Below, piece by piece: positions 43,845-54,329 of a stretch of DNA of 64,000 nucleotides (position 1 is its first letter; each line of letters opens with the position of its first letter). This DNA is from Macrostomum lignano (lineage: Eukaryota). The stretch is taken from positions 124,001 to 188,000 of the forward strand of contig NIVC01000020.1 in NCBI GenBank assembly GCA_002269645.1, read 5' to 3'. The notes under the pieces were generated by a model, which worked only from the letters and a program-made list of their open reading frames with translations, was not told the origin of the DNA and ran no database searches. Position numbers and translations under genes: made by a program.

Positions 43845-46800
43845 TCAGCCCGGCACCAGCACGATGCGCATTTTCTCCTCCGCATTGCCGCGCCCAGACG
43901 GTCGGCCAGAGTCGGACGGCTGCGCGTCGGCAATCAGGCGCTCCAGAGAGGCGCCGTCCGGATAGCGGCAGAGCTGGGCGTCGTACAGCCTCTCGTCGTC
44001 GGGCGCGCAGCCGAAGATGGTGGCGTACCAGACGGCGCTGCTGCTCATCAGGTGGCGAAAAGCTTCGACACTGCAGTTGGCGAGGCCGCCGGCTACGCGG
44101 AGCTGGTAGCCGCGCGGAGTCGGCTGGGCCAGGTGGACGGGCAGCGGCCGGGTTCGCCAGACCGGCACCTCGGCCGAGAAGCCCAGGTCCACCAGGTACA
44201 CGTCGATGAGGTCGGCGCCGATCAGCTCGCCGCCGCTGAGGCAGATGCCGCTCGGCTGAACCGTGGCGCGCCGCCAGCTGCCCTCGTAAAAGGCGCCGAC
44301 GCACTGGTCGATGCAGCGGAAAAAGCGGTCGTCAGGGCCGCCAGGCGCCAGGTCGCAGTGGCTGGCCAAGGCGCGGTGAATGGTGCTCAGCTCCTCATCG
44401 TCTCCATGCAGCTGGGCGCTCACGACTCCGCCGGGCAGGGCGTTAGTCACGACGACAATCACGCAGATTTCCTCCTCGCCATCGGGGAGCAGCGACGGCT
44501 GCGGCGGAAATTCGACCGGCACGGCGTCGTCGGACTTGGCGTCCGACCTCAGCAGCTCAAGCGCGGCCCGCTCCTCCTCCGGGTTGGCGTCGTCAACTCG
44601 GATGTGCGCGTTGCGGCACTGGTCGCCATAGTAACAGCTGCCGCGGCGGCGAAAGAACTCGCACACCTGGGCCGGTGGAGGCAGCGGGCGGCGCAGGCGG
44701 GCCTCCGTCTCGGCCAGGTAGGCGTCCAGCTCCCGCTCGCGGCAGTCGTCGGCGGCGTCATCCATGGACAAGTCGGCGTGACCGTTGGCGGCGGGCTCGG
44801 GGGCACCCAGCAGCTCGGACAGGCTGCGGCCATCAACGGAGGAGATTCTGACGGAGATCGGCTCGTACAGCTCGTCAACCTGGGGCAAAGAAATCAGACT
44901 CAGACTTGTAGTGCAATTCACGGCTATGAGAGCCCCCCCCCCGCCTCCAAGGCAGCTCAGCGGTAAATGCGTCTGAAAAACTCACGCCACGACCCCGGGT
45001 TCGACCCCTTGCGCGGCCACATTAATTTGCGGCTTGTGCACAAAATCCTAAGGCGCAGAGATTGTACATGTCTGCTGACGATTAGAAAGTCAAAGCTGAT
45101 GTACACCCAGTGTGAGCGTCCCTGGGTACAGTATCTGCTGATGTACACCCTGTGTGAGCGTCCCTGGGTACAGTATCTGCTGATGTACACCCTGTGTGAG
45201 CGTCCCTGGGTACAGTATCTGCTGATGTACACCCTGTGTGAGCGTCCCTGGGTACAGTATCTGCTGATGTACACCCTGTGTGAGCGTCCCTGGGTACAGT
45301 ATCTGCGCACTTGTATGAGCTCAGGATTCAGCGAAAAGGGCAGGGTTGCCTTAGCGATGGTTGTAGGACGCGGGTGTCGCCAAAGGCATTGCGCCAGGGT
45401 GCTAACAACCCTCCTGCAGTTATTGCTAACCCGCAATGCTCACCTGGCCGCCAGCTGAACCGGAAGTGAAAAGCTGCAGCCGCACGCGCAGCAGCGATTC
45501 GTCGCCATCAACGAGGCCGCAGAGACGCCGGAGCGCCGGCATGAACTGCTCGGGCGCCGGACAGTAGCCAGCGTAGGTGAAGCGGCTGGTGAGCGGCGGC
45601 AGGCGGTAGAAGTCGCGGATGAGCGGCAGGAGGCTGTCAGGCGGCAGCTGGAAAGTCTCGCCGCGGTCGAAGGCGAGCACGCGAACCGGCGCTTTGCCAT
45701 TGGCGACCTGGTCGAAGTCAAGGGACAGCGGCACCACACGCTCGTAGCCGCCGTCGGGCAGGCGGGCGCAAAATATTTTCTCTCCCGCAGCGTCGCCATT
45801 GACGTGGACCTCGCCATTGCCGTTCTCGAGTTGTTCGGCATCGTCGCCGTCATCGCCTTCGCCGTCGTCCGCACCGACACTAACGGGGCCGGCCGCGCAG
45901 GACAGGAAGCGCAGAAGCATGCCGCCATCGTGCTTGGAGTACCAGTTCTGCAGCTCCGCCTGCTGCCAGTCGTACAGCTGGCCGACCTCTTGCACGGCCC
46001 TGAAGGCGCTGAAGCTGGCGGGGCCGTCGGCCTCAGTGATGAAGAACTCAACGGGCTCGCCGCCGGGCAGCAGATCCAGCAGCATGGGAGGCAGGAAGCG
46101 CAGGGCCGGCAAGCCGGGCCGAATGGGGACCCGGGGCTCCGGCATGACCAGCTCAATGCTGAAGGGCGGCTCCAGCGGGTCGGCCTCCCCGTCCTGGGTG
46201 TCCTCGATTTCCTCCGAGTCCGAGTCATCGCCGAATGCGGCCGGGCGCAGCTGCTGGGGCTTGGGAAGCTCGAGCGACTGCTGCGGCGTCGGGCTTGGCG
46301 GCGACCTGCGGGTTGGTGCGGCAAAGGTTTTGAGAATTGATGAGAAGTCTGCTAATTACAGGCACGGTACTCTAACATAAAACTGAGCAAAGCACAGCAT
46401 CATCAATCGGTAACTCACTCGACGCCGGGCCCATCCAGCCTCAAGTAGTTCGGCAGAATTGCGCTGAAGAACTCGCGGCTCAGCTGCTCGGTGGTGGGCT
46501 GCGCCTTGCACTTCTCGATTAGGAAGGCGCGCAGCGAATCGGCTGGGCTGATCAGCTGCACCCGGCTGCCCTCCAGCGGGCCCTCGAACACGGCCTCGAT
46601 GGCATCGCCGATGCACTCCTCCGACGCCTTCTTGGCGTCCGCAGTATCCTGCGGTACGAAGTCCCACTCCTCGAAGCTTTCGATTCGGCTGTTGGGCGGC
46701 AGCAGGCCGGACAGCAGGCAGACCGCGCACTGGGCGGGCAGCTCGGCAAATCGGGGGTCCAGCCGGCGCGCCAGGCTCAGCTTGCACCAGTCCAGGTTGC

Positions 46801-48049
46801 CGTAGTCAATGAAGAAGACTTGCAGCGTCTGCTTCTCGGGATTGGCTGACAGCACCCTGGCGCGGTACATGACGCTGCCGGCAATGCATGGGAAGGGACA
46901 GGCGACTGTGGTTCCGGGCTGCGGCAGGCTCGAGAATCTGTACAGCGCGCCCTGCGCTTTGTGGTAGAAAACTGTCAGCCGGTCCTCCAGCTCAGAGGAT
47001 CGCTTGTTGGTCAGCGACAGGCAAATGGGACTGAAGAGAAACTGGACTACTAGCGACCTGCGGCTGTGTGGCACGGCCTCGAACTCGCGGACTCGGGGGC
47101 AATAGTCCGGACCCAAGTAGAACTCCCGGGCGGCTCTCTTAACTTCAGTTTCCTTTGCCTGCGCAGCAGGCTTCTTCGTTTCGGCTTCAGCGACAGGCTT
47201 TCGTGCTTCAGATTGAAGCCTTCGCCAGAGCGGCCCCTTCGTCAGAGCGGCAGGACTCTTCGCTGCAGCTTCGACTCTTTCCTTCGACTTAGCGACAGCC
47301 TTTTTTGCTTCAGCTTCAGCCTTTTGCTTTGCTTCAGCTTCAGCCTTTTGCTTTGCTTCAGCTTCAGCCTTTTGCTTTGCTTCAGCTTCAGCCTTTTGCT
47401 TTGCTTCAGCTTCAGCCCTTTGCTTTGCTTCAGCTTCAGCCCTTTGCTTTGCTTCAGCTTCAGCCTTTTTCTTTGCTTCAGTTTCAGCCTTTTGCTTTGC
47501 TTCAGCTTCAGCCCTTTGCTTTGCTTCAGCCTCAGCCCTTTGCTTTGCTTCAGCTTCAGCCCTTTGCTTTGCTTCAGCTTCAGCCCTTTGCTTTGCTTCA
47601 GCTTCAGCCCTTTGCTTTGATTCAGCTTCAGCCTTCTGTTTAGCTTGAGCAGCAGATTTTTCCGCTTCAGCTTCAACTTCAGCCTTTTTCTTAGCCCGAG
47701 CGGCAGTCCTCGCTTCAGCTTGAGTATCTGTTTTGGCTTCAGCCGCAGCAGCCCTCACCGCTTCATCCGTCCCGTTATCGACTGAGCTGTCGCTAGTGAC
47801 GCTGTCGTACAGATCCTCCAGGGTGAGCTGCAGCTTGGAGAGCTCAGTCACAAACTCGATAACGCGACTGGAGCTGGCGAAGTCGACGCTGGCCTCCCGA
47901 GCTACAGTCTGCGCCACGCACTGGTTGACCTGTCGTGTGGCGCTGTCGTAGCTGCTCTGCAGGTCCTCCAGCATGCACTGCAGCTGCTCGCGCATGTCCT
48001 CAATGCGGCGCAAGTCCTTCGACTTCAATTTGCGGGCGCTGCCGCTCAT
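43845..48049 (-). CDS. Coiled-coil / EAK-repeat / Tudor / CCCH zinc finger / Tudor protein (TDRD-like), 3 exons, about 1175 aa
   Basis: Exons 48049-46419, 46305-45444 and 44879-43845, phase-consistent. Extended Tudor 1: MYRARVL...VFFIDYGN..LDPRFAELPAQCAVCLLSGL. Degenerate Tudor 2: YERVV...VLAFDRGE...FYRLPPL. CCCH: CEFFRRRGSCYYGDQCRNAH (C-x8-C-x5-C-x3-H). Tudor 3: WRRATV...VYLVDLGF...LPVHLAQPTP. Confidence 0.8.
45097..45305 (+). repeat. 42 bp x 5 intronic repeat
   Basis: CTGATGTACACCCTGTGTGAGCGTCCCTGGGTACAGTATCTG repeated, in Tudor gene intron 2. Confidence 0.93.
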
Positions 48050-48214
48050 GTTGGCTGCAATGAATGTTGGAAGAATTATGCAAAGTCTGCTCAACTTTAG
48101 AGGCGAAAGAACCGGGTACTCGATTCGAACTCAAACAGGTCAACTAGACTCGATTCGAGCTTTTAAGCTTAAAATTTACTTCGAGTATCAAGTCGCACAT
48201 TTAATTTTGCAGTG

Positions 48215-49430
48215 GTTTATGGGCGATTCCAGGGGTGGTTTGTGGGCGATTCTAGATGGTTTATGGGCGATTCTAGAGATGGTTCATAAGCGATTCTAGA
48301 CGGTTCATAAGCGATTCTAGATGGTTTATGGGCGATTCTAGAGATGGTTCATAAGCGATTCTAGATGGTTTATGAGCGATTCTAGATGGTTTATGGGCGA
48401 TTCTAGAGATGGTTCATAAGCGATTCTAGATGGTTTATGGGCGATTCTAGATGGTTTATGGGCGATTCTAGAGATGGTTCATAAGCGATTCTAGATGGCG
48501 ATTCTAGATGGTTCATACGCGATTCTAGATGGTTTATGAGCGATTCTAGAGATGGTTCATAAGCGATTCTAGAGATGGTTCATAAGCGATTCTAGATGGT
48601 TTATGAGCGATTCTAGATGGTTTATGGGCGATTCTAGAGATGGTTCATAAGCGATTCTAGATGGTTTATGAGCGATTCTAGATGGTTTATGGGCGATTCT
48701 AGAGATGGTTCATAAGCGATTCTAGATGGTTTATGGGCGATTCTAGATGGTTTATGGGCGATTCTAGAGATGGTTCATAAGCGATTCTAGATGGCGATTC
48801 TAGATGGTTCATACGCGATTCTAGATGGTTTATGAGCGATTCTAGAGATGGTTCATAAGCGATTCTAGAGATGGTTCATAAGCGATTCTAGATGGTTTAT
48901 GAGCGATTCTAGATGGTTTATGAGCGATTCTAGGGGTGGTTTTTGGGCGATTCTAGGGGTGGTTTTTGGGCGATTCTAGGGGTGGTTTTTAGGCGATTCT
49001 AGGGATGGTTTTTGGGCGATTCTAGGGGTGGTTTTTAGGCGATTCTAGGGATGGTTTTTGGGCGATTCTAGGGGTGGTTTTTGGGCGATTCTAGGGGTGG
49101 TTTTTGGGCGATTCTAGGGGTGGTTTTTGGGCGATTCTAGGGGTGGTTTTTGGGCGATTCTAGGGGTGGTTTTTGGGCGATTCTAGGGGTGGTTTTTGGG
49201 CGATTCTAGGGGTGGTTTTTGGGCGATTCTAGGGGTGGTTTTTGGGCGATTCTAGGGGTGGTTTTTGGGCGATTCTAGGGATGGTTTTTGGGCGATTCTA
49301 GGGGTGGTTTTTGGGCGATTCTAGGGGTGGTTTTTGGGCGATTCTAGGGGTGGTTTTTGGGCGATTCTAGGGGTGGTTTTTAGGCGATTCTAGGGATGGT
49401 TTTTGGGCGATTCTAGGGGTGGTTTTTGGG
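48215..49430 (+). repeat. Bipartite 21-23 bp satellite sharing the core GCGATTCTAG
   Basis: Left block GGGCGATTCTAGATGGTTTAT with a 296 bp internal duplication (GATGGCG at 48494 and 48790). Right block GGGCGATTCTAGGGGTGGTTTTT. Confidence 0.95.
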
Positions 49431-49921
49431 CTATCCCACTCTGTCAGTTTGTTGTCACTCCGGACGCGCTGGAACTACTATGATGCACTTGATTTTTTAC
49501 ATTTCTCACAAATACTAATCAACTCCCCAAACAAAACTCGATAGCGCTTGAGTCGCCAAAAGCCCAAGCACGACTGGAAAGGGAATCACAAACGCCCTGC
49601 TAGAAGCGCAGGTGCCGCCATACCTATTCAACAAATAAAGGAAACAATACAACGCAGCTGAAAATCATGCTGGCATGTAACTGTATGCTATGCTAAACAG
49701 CTGAGTGCTGCACTGCTTGTTATTCATAGGTATAAAGCGATTGTAACAGTAAATGCTCAGAGATTGCTAGAGGATTGGATGGTCAAACAAGGGTTTTTAA
49801 ATTTTAATAAGCACCTTTTGTACAAACAGGATACTAACAGACAGTTTTAATGGCATCTAACAAAGCGGCCTCGTGGTAAAAATTCTCAAGACTTTAACAC
49901 TTGAATGCAATAATGCATTCC

Positions 49922-50345
49922 CTGTCAACTTTCCTGTCAAAGCCGCGATCTACAGTCTGAATTGGAAACCATAGACATCAACTTCACTGTCAAAGACGCG
50001 ATCTACAGTCTGAATTGGAAACCATAGACATCAACTTCCCTGTCAAAGACGCGATCTACAGTCTGAATTGGAAACCATAGACATCAACTTCCCTGTCAAA
50101 GCCGCGATCTACAGTCTGAATTGGAAACCATAGACATCAACTTCACTGTCAAAGCCGCGATCTACAGTCTGAATTGGAAACCATAGACATCAACTTCCCT
50201 GCCAAAGCCGCGATCTACAGTCTGAATTGGAAACCATAGACATCAACTTTTATGTCAAAGCCGCGATCTACAGTCTGAATTGGAAACCATAGACATCAAC
50301 TTCCCTGTCAAAGCCGCGATCTACAGACTGAATTGGAAACCATAG
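49922..50345 (+). repeat. 53 bp x 8 tandem repeat
   Basis: AAAGCCGCGATCTACAGTCTGAATTGGAAACCATAGACATCAACTTCCCTGTC repeated. Confidence 0.95.
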
Positions 50346-50418
50346 ACCATAGGCAAAAAATTCACCAAATGTCTACAAATACTCGGATCAGTTCACCGAA
50401 TTAAGGAGGCCGGCGCCG

Positions 50419-51006
50419 CTACGCCTTTGGCGCTTTCTGATCGTGCTTAGCCAGCAGCACGAGCGACTTTAGCTGGTCCCGCACGGACAGCACCGACTCA
50501 ACCATGCCGGCCGTCAGTGAGGACGGGCCAAGGCCGGACACCTCCACTAGGCTGGACTCGGGCGCCAAGGAGGCGTGCGCACCTGGCCGGTACACCCTGT
50601 AGACGGTGATCTTCAGTAGGCCGCGGCGGAACACGGTGCCCTCGGCGATGAAGTCGAACTCGTGTTGGAAGCCCATGGACTCCACCAGCTGCCGGGCCGC
50701 GTCCAGGGGGAACACCGGCACCTCGTAGGCGGCCCGCGACATGACGCGGTGGTCAGCGGACTCGGGGATGCCCAGGTAACGAAGGTAGGCGGGCAGGTGC
50801 GGGTGCAGGAGACTCCAGCGAAGGCGCAGGCGGGTGCCGCTGAGGCCGGGGACGGCGCAGGTGAACACGGACTCCTGGTCCCGGAACTCGTCCCCGGGCG
50901 AGTCGCAGATGCCGCGCAGGCGGGTGAGCAGGAACTCAGTGAATGGTTTGAGCACGCTGCCCTGCAGGTAGACCTCAGTGTTGGGCACCCTCTGCTGCTG
51001 CTGCAT
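50419..51006 (-). CDS. MED18: Mediator of RNA polymerase II transcription subunit 18, single exon
   Basis: NTEVYLQGSVL...LLTRLRGICD..FRDQESVF...LRLRWSL..LRYLGIPE...LVESMGFQHEFDFIAEGTVFRRGLLKITVYRV...SLVEVS...DQLKSLVLLAK. ATG at 51006, 2 nt after the acceptor TTCTCCTTCAG. Confidence 0.9.
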   Translation of the reverse strand: MQQQQRVPNTEVYLQGSVLKPFTEFLLTRLRGICDSPGDEFRDQESVFTCAVPGLSGTRLRLRWSLLHPHLPAYLRYLGIPESADHRVMSRAAYEVPVFPLDAARQLVESMGFQHEFDFIAEGTVFRRGLLKITVYRVYRPGAHASLAPESSLVEVSGLGPSSLTAGMVESVLSVRDQLKSLVLLAKHDQKAPKA

Positions 51007-51377
51007 TGCTGAAGGAGAATTTTGCTTCCCTGCTATAAATTGCAGATTTCTCATTGTGCGGTTCTGTGAGACTGGGGTTCAGTTTCAAGACTTTAGATGG
51101 TGTGGCAAATCTTGACCGCTTTGGCTAACAGATATAAACAATGGAAATCAAAGTTAAGACCATGTTTTCAATACGTTTAATAGCACAAATGCATAAAACC
51201 GGTGGCTAATCAATCAGTAATCAGTTTTAATCCGTATAAATTAACAAAATGCAGTCGGTTCAGTCTAACAATTTCTATTAAATTCAAAAAGCACAATTAG
51301 AAAAATAAATGCAAATAAGGAGAACGGAAAACTCGTGTGATTGGTTCGGAAACTCGCAGAACTGGCGCACTCTGGTT

Positions 51378-51853
51378 TCGGAAGTGGAACCCTTAGGTTT
51401 CGGAGCTGAAACCCTTAGGTTTCGGAGCTGGAACTCTTAGGTTTCGGAGCTGAAACCCTTAGGTTTCGGAGCTGGAACTCTTAGGTTTCGGAGCTGGAAC
51501 TCTTAGGTTTCGGAGCTGAAACCCTTAGGTTTCGGAGCTGGAACTCTTAGGTTTCGGAAGTGAAACCCTTAGGTTTCGGAGCTGGAACCCTTAGGTTTAG
51601 GAAATGGCACGCCTTGGATTCGGAAATGGCACGCCTTGGTTTCGGAAATGGCACGCCTTGGATTCGGAAATGGCACGCTTTGGTTTCGGAAATGGCACGC
51701 CTTGGATTCGGAAATGGCACGCCTTGGATTCGGAAATGGCACGCCTTGGATTCGGAAATGGCACGCCTTGGATTCGGAAATGGCACGTCTTGGTTTCGGA
51801 AATGGCACGTCTTGGTTTCGGAAATGGCACGCCTTGGATTCGGAAATGGCACG
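51378..51853 (+). repeat. Bipartite 22 bp minisatellite
   Basis: CTTAGGTTTCGGAGCTGGAACT switches near 51600 to TTGGATTCGGAAATGGCACGCC. Confidence 0.93.
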
Positions 51854-51993
51854 CTCTCTAGCTTCGGAACAGGAGGTACTTTTTTAATTCGACAGGCATT
51901 CTCTAAGTTTCAGAACTGGCAAATGGAAACGAGGAAATGACTGTGATGAATGCCACATTTAGGGTCATCGTTGAGACGAATCAAGCATTCAAA

Positions 51994-52170
51994 TCAGCCG
52001 CTCCGATTGGTGTAGCGGGTGACGAACGTGGAGGCGGTGGAGAACAGCACCAGGAACACCAGCGAGCCGAACAGAAAAACCATCGAGATGGTCAGGAAGT
52101 CGTCGATGAAGGTCAGCTTCTCGCTCACCATCATGGCCAGGTGGATGCATTCGATTTCCTCAAATTTCAT
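51994..52170 (-). CDS. Small single-pass membrane protein of unknown family (58 aa, or 46 aa from the internal ATG)
   Basis: MKFEEIECIHLAMMVSEKLTFIDDFLTISMVFLFGSLVFLVLFSTASTFVTRYTNRSG*. Strongly GC3-biased codons like the neighbouring genes; acceptor-like TTTCCAG 16 nt before the ATG. It could instead be the last exon of a longer ORF, since the frame stays open upstream. Confidence 0.55.
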   Translation of the reverse strand: MKFEEIECIHLAMMVSEKLTFIDDFLTISMVFLFGSLVFLVLFSTASTFVTRYTNRSG

Positions 52171-52334
52171 TGCGGCAAGACGGCGGCTGGAAATTGCATG
52201 GAAATATTTGTACAGCTCTGCTGAATTGCGCACTTCCCTAAAATACTTGTGGTTAATACGGAACTGGTGGGAGCCCTGGCCGGGTAACTGGGGTGTGCTG
52301 CTGCAGAATTGGGCAGCTGAACACTCAGGGGGTG

Positions 52335-53738
52335 GGTGGAGCAGTGAAGGACACTCTGGGAGGGTGGAGCGGTGGACACTCAGGGAGGGCGGAGAGGTGA
52401 AGGACACTCAGGGAGGGCAGAGAGGTGAAGGACACTCAGGGAGGGCGGAGAGGTGAAGGACACTCAGGGAGGGCAGAGAGGTGGACACTCAGGGATGGCA
52501 AAGCGGTGGAGGACACTCAGGGGGGGGGGGCGGAGAGGTGAAGGACACTCAGGGAGGGCGGAGCGATGAAGGACACTCAGGGAGGGCGGAGCGGTGAAGG
52601 ACACTCAGGGAGGGCAGAGAGGTGAAGGACACTCAGGGAGGGCGGAGAGGTGAAGGACACTCAGGGAGGGCAGAGAGGTGGACACTCAGGGATGGCAAAG
52701 CGGTGGAGGACACTCAGGGGGGGGGGCGGAGAGGTGAAGGACACTCAGGGAGGGCGGAGCGATGAAGGACACTCAGGGAGGGCGGAGCGGTGAAGGACAC
52801 TCAGGGAGGGCGGAGCGGTGAAGGACACTCAGGGAGGGCAGAGCGGTGAAGGACACTCAGGGAGGGCGGAGAGGTGAAGGACACTCAGGGAGGGCGGAGC
52901 GATGAAGGACACTCAGGGATGGCAAAGCGGTGGAGGACACTCAGGGGGGGGGGCGGAGAGGTGAAGGACACTCAGGGAGGGCGGAGCGATGAAGGACACT
53001 CAGGGAGGGCGGAGCGGTGAAGGACACTCAGGGAGGGCGGAGCGATGAAGGACACTCAGGGAGGGCGGAGCGGTGAAGGACACTCAGGGAGGGCGGAGCG
53101 GCGAAGGACACTCAGGGAGGGCGGAGCGGTGAAGGACACTCAGGGAGGGCGGAGCGGTGAAGGACACTCAGGGAGGGCGGAGCGGTGAAGGACACTCAGG
53201 GAGGGCGGAGAGGTGAAGGACACTCAGGGAGGGCGGAGAGGTGAAGGACACTCAGGGAGGGCGGAGCGGTGGACACTCAGGGAGGGCGGAGGTGGACACT
53301 CAGGGAGGGCGGAGCGGTGGACACTCAGGGAGGGCGGAGCGGTGGACACTCAGGGAGGGCGGAGCGGTGGACACTCAGGGAGGGCGGAGCGGTGGACACT
53401 CAGGGAGGGCGGAGCGGTGGACACTCAGGGAGGGCGGAGCGGTGGAGGACACTCAGGGAGGGCAGAGCGGTGGACACTCAGGGAGGGCAGAGAGGTGGAC
53501 ACTCAGGGAGGGCAGAGCGGTGGACACTCAGGGAGGGCGGAGGTGGACACTCAGGGAGGGCGGAGCGGTGGACACTCAGGGAGGGCGGAGCGGTGGACAC
53601 TCAGGGAGGGCGGAGCGGTGGACACTCAGGGAGGGCGGAGCGGTGGACACTCAGAGAGGGCAGAGGTGAACACTCAGGGAGGGCAGAGGTGAACACTCAG
53701 GGAGGGCAGAGGTGAACACTCAGGGAGGGCAGAGGTGG
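52335..53738 (+). repeat. G-rich 22-28 bp minisatellite (GGACACTCAGGGAGGGCGGAGCGGTGAA)
   Basis: About 1.4 kb of tandem units with occasional G10 runs. Confidence 0.95.
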
Positions 53739-54329
53739 ACTCCTACTTCGTACAAAGGGCGGTTGAGGAGGTGGAGATTTAGTTAGTCAGGAGGCTGTGT
53801 ACACCTGGCGCACTTTAAGCGACATCGTCACACAACCGGTGAGAGGCATTACTGCCCATTCAGCAGACTCCCCTGAGGAGGTACACAAGCGCGCGGATCA
53901 GCTTCCCAAATAGCCAAATGAAAAAGAGGATTTCAAACACAAAACAAGCAGGTTGCAAAGCCCGCCATTTTACTCTGTTGATTACTCTATTTTGTTAATT
54001 CATACTAAAGTGGCATTGAGTCATACGAGTACATAAGCAAACCTGTTAGTACATAGTTTTAAAACGATCAATTTCCTGTCTCTAAACGAACTATTTGCAT
54101 GAAGGAGTAACTGCTCCAGAGACTGGGCAGCTCTAGCAGGAACATTTTATTGTGGTGGCTGCGCTAGTTTACAGGATAAAGGGTACGCCAGGGGTGCTCA
54201 ATGACTAACATTAGCCCTCCCGACCCCAGCATAGCTCAAACTACTACTTAGCTGTGAAACTCCAAACACAGCCGGGGAGGATGGGGAACAGAACGGGGGA
54301 TTACATATTTCTAGGAAACCTAGGGCAGG

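Noticed and set aside
43824-44966. Long plus-strand ORFs opposite GC-rich exons (also 26979-27620, 33698-34693, 54528-55103)
   Set aside because: Typical antisense shadows of GC3-rich coding sequence, with no recognisable domains.
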